Shown: piece after piece, positions 21,468-23,997 of the stretch
Numbering within the stretch: position 1 is the first letter of the stretch
How the letters are laid out: each line of letters opens with the position of its first letter
NCBI GenBank assembly: GCA_024626585.2
Contig: JANKJI020000004.1
Location: 19,095,624-19,119,620, forward strand
Source: Ginkgo biloba
Lineage: Eukaryota > Plantae > Ginkgophyta
DNA length: 23,997 nucleotides
Direction: 5' to 3'
Position numbers and translations under genes: made by a program
The notes under the pieces: model-generated
Told to the model about the DNA's origin: nothing
Database searches by the model: none
Seen by the model: the letters and a program-made list of their open reading frames with translations, nothing else

Positions 21468-23997
21468 CGGATCATCAATGAATGTCAGGGTAGAACCCAT
21501 ATATAGGCTCATATATAGCCTACACTCCTTCANNNNNNNNNNNNNNNNNNNNNNNNNNNNNNNNNNNNNNNNNNNNNNNNNNNNNNNNNNNNNNNNNNNN
21601 NNNNNNNNNNNNNNNNNNNNNNNNNNNNNNNNATTCTTAATAAATGTAATAAATATAATTTACTTTAAAAATTATAAAAAATTAAAAATATATGTATGTT
21701 ACATGTTAATGTAAATAAGAACAATAATTGTATTATATATTATCTATAAATATGATAATAAAATAAGTAAAAATTATAAACTCTCTCTTAAAGTCCCTAC
21801 TTCTAAGGCAAGGAAAATAATATAATTTTTTTTGAAAGTTTACACTTCGTTACTTTTTGCTTAGTTTACATTTATTTATTCTTTGCAAAGTTATGTCAAT
21901 ATTCATAATATATTCTTATGGACTTTGATATTATAAAATATATCATGTTATTGTTACTACTAAATACAATGAAAAATATATACTTGAATTAATTCACCAT
22001 TAAATAAGGAAAAAAATATTTGCATAATCCAATTCAATTTTATTTCTTACTATTTATAAATAACTTGTTACACATGTACTCCATTATGTACATGTAATCT
22101 AAAGCTTGATATATTATAGTTTCTTTATTATTATGAGATCCATTATGTATAATTCTTTAGGTAATCTCTAAATAAAGAGGTTAAGGAAAGCTCACTCAGA
22201 GACCAATCTTTGATTAAGAAGGTACTTACCCCAGATGATGCACTTTCTAATCAAAGTGAATACAAGCATAAATTTAATTAAAAAAATATTATTACACATT
22301 TTTTTTATGTATTTACATTGGTAATATATATATTTTTTTGTAAATAAATATATGAAGTAAAATGTCTTAACAATCCAGAATACAATTGTTAGTCAAAATA
22401 GAAATCAATATATGTTCTTTAAGAATTTGATTCACATGCATGTGTTAATTGTATAATGGTAATGGATTAGTAATATATAATAAAAAAAAATCAAAATTCA
22501 TGATTTGGATTTTCTTAAGAAATAACTATTTTTGGCATTAAACAATGGTATTTAAAAGAGTTCTCTCTTCTATTTGTAAACTAAATTCTAGAGTTTCCAA
22601 TTGAATATATTTAGATATATCTATACATTGTTTGATTCTTAGAGATATAATTGTTACTTGTTTTTATTAAATAAATGGGTATATATTTCATGCATAAGAT
22701 ATTATTCCTGTGCTAATATTTATGCATGAAATAAGAGAAGTTATTTTTTACATATAGTAGTTATGTATAAATTATTATGTTCTAACTATTTATAATTGTA
22801 GTTAGTTCCTAATATTGATAATTCAAGTTATATTCTCCACCTACTTNNNNNNNNNNNNNNNNNNNNNNNNNNNNNNNNAAATCTACCTTGATGACTTGAA
22901 GATATACACATGTATATATATTTTCATTTAAGATATGCCTTTTCACTTATAGTTTTTTTATAACTATTTGATTATATAGTTTTCAATGTATTAAAAATGG
23001 CATAATGAGAATAATATAAGTAAAAATATATAAAATGGCTCAATGGTTTTTTTGGCTATATATTATGACTCTCTGACATTTTTTAAGAGTTGAGCTAAGA
23101 TTATATATATTTTGAGTAATAAATTTATTCTAATGCTTTTCTTTTCATTCAAAATATGTGTTTCATGTGCACAAAATGCTATGATTTGTTATCTTTTCAA
23201 TCATAAAAATAAAATACCAATGAATAATAATATGAAATGGAAAGAAATTTGCAAAACTACATTAATTTAGTAATAGAAGTGTTTCATTTGTAAAATAGTA
23301 TTTTTATGAAAGATATACTACATACTTTTGTAAGATAGCAAATAGAATATGAAAATAAAATTAATGCATCAATCGTACATTAAAATAAAATTAAAAGGCA
23401 AAGTATGACTAAACATTTATAAGATATCAAATGGAGTACTAAAAAATCCAACTATACATTATAAATAATCAAACAATGAATTCAAGCTAAGATTCTTCAC
23501 ATAACATAATCCAATGATAAAATATTTTTTAGAGGGTTACATCATTTAAGATATACTTAAGAGTATTTTATTAAATAATGGTTTTGATGTGTCTATGAAG
23601 TATATAATTCGTTAGTATCTTTGTAAGATGTAGAATTGTAAGGTGTTGTCTATTGATCTCAAGGTAATTCAACTTGTAACCAATCAAGGTCTTTCTCACA
23701 CAATAAATAATAATTTAAATAAGAAATATATCCTCTTCAATAAGGGTCACACTAATATAAAAATGTGAATATGAAATGTATATAATAAAATATTTAGAAA
23801 AGTAAAGTAGCATTAGAATTAGAGATAACATAAGGTCTTATTTAATGTCATAAAAATATTTTAGGATTTATGACTCCCCATATTAAAGGGTATTATGTTT
23901 GTACAAGTGGTGTAAGTGGATCCCAATAATGAAAAAATAATTAATGAATCTCCTCATATTTGAGCCTTTCCTAAGAAATATTTGATTTTCTTAAGAT

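Noticed and set aside
22223-22250. Minus-strand micro-exon with GTAAGT donor, or U1 snRNA 5' end (TACTTACC)
   Set aside because: No other exons or U1 body are visible; a match this short is expected by chance.
22433-22444. Palindromic RY motif CACATGCATGTG
   Set aside because: No associated gene. CATG-rich motifs arise readily from CpG deamination.

Overview
Very AT-rich, CpG-depleted eukaryotic DNA, most likely seed-plant heterochromatin; several motifs look gymnosperm-like (inference). It is a patchwork of short contigs separated by 23 N-gaps, 11 of them exactly 100 N, so adjacency across those gaps is unreliable. No intact gene, tRNA, rRNA or CRISPR array is visible. The ORF-track entries are read-through-N artefacts, chance ORFs or fragments of decayed frames. 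Hand translation through stops and frameshifts shows decayed Ty3/gypsy LTR retrotransposons of at least three lineages. (1) A Reina-like chromovirus gag-RT-RNaseH-integrase on + (about 12.2-15.4 kb). (2) A younger non-chromovirus (Tat/Athila-type) integrase with 3' UTR on + (15.6-17.0 kb). (3) CRM-like RNase H and gag pieces on -. A PBS/LTR junction of unassigned lineage lies on - at 6.5 kb. The most interesting signal is three decayed copies (9.75-11.0, 19.07-20.08, 3.3-4.0 kb) of a non-gag/pol accessory ORF with colinear motifs (FDP/YDP ... FNWxxIISEN ... FYMTSYLVY ... DNF ... DWY ... YDPxG). There is also a 360-bp tandem dimer with asymmetric CpG loss, a possible Ulp1-like remnant and some small inverted and tandem repeats.
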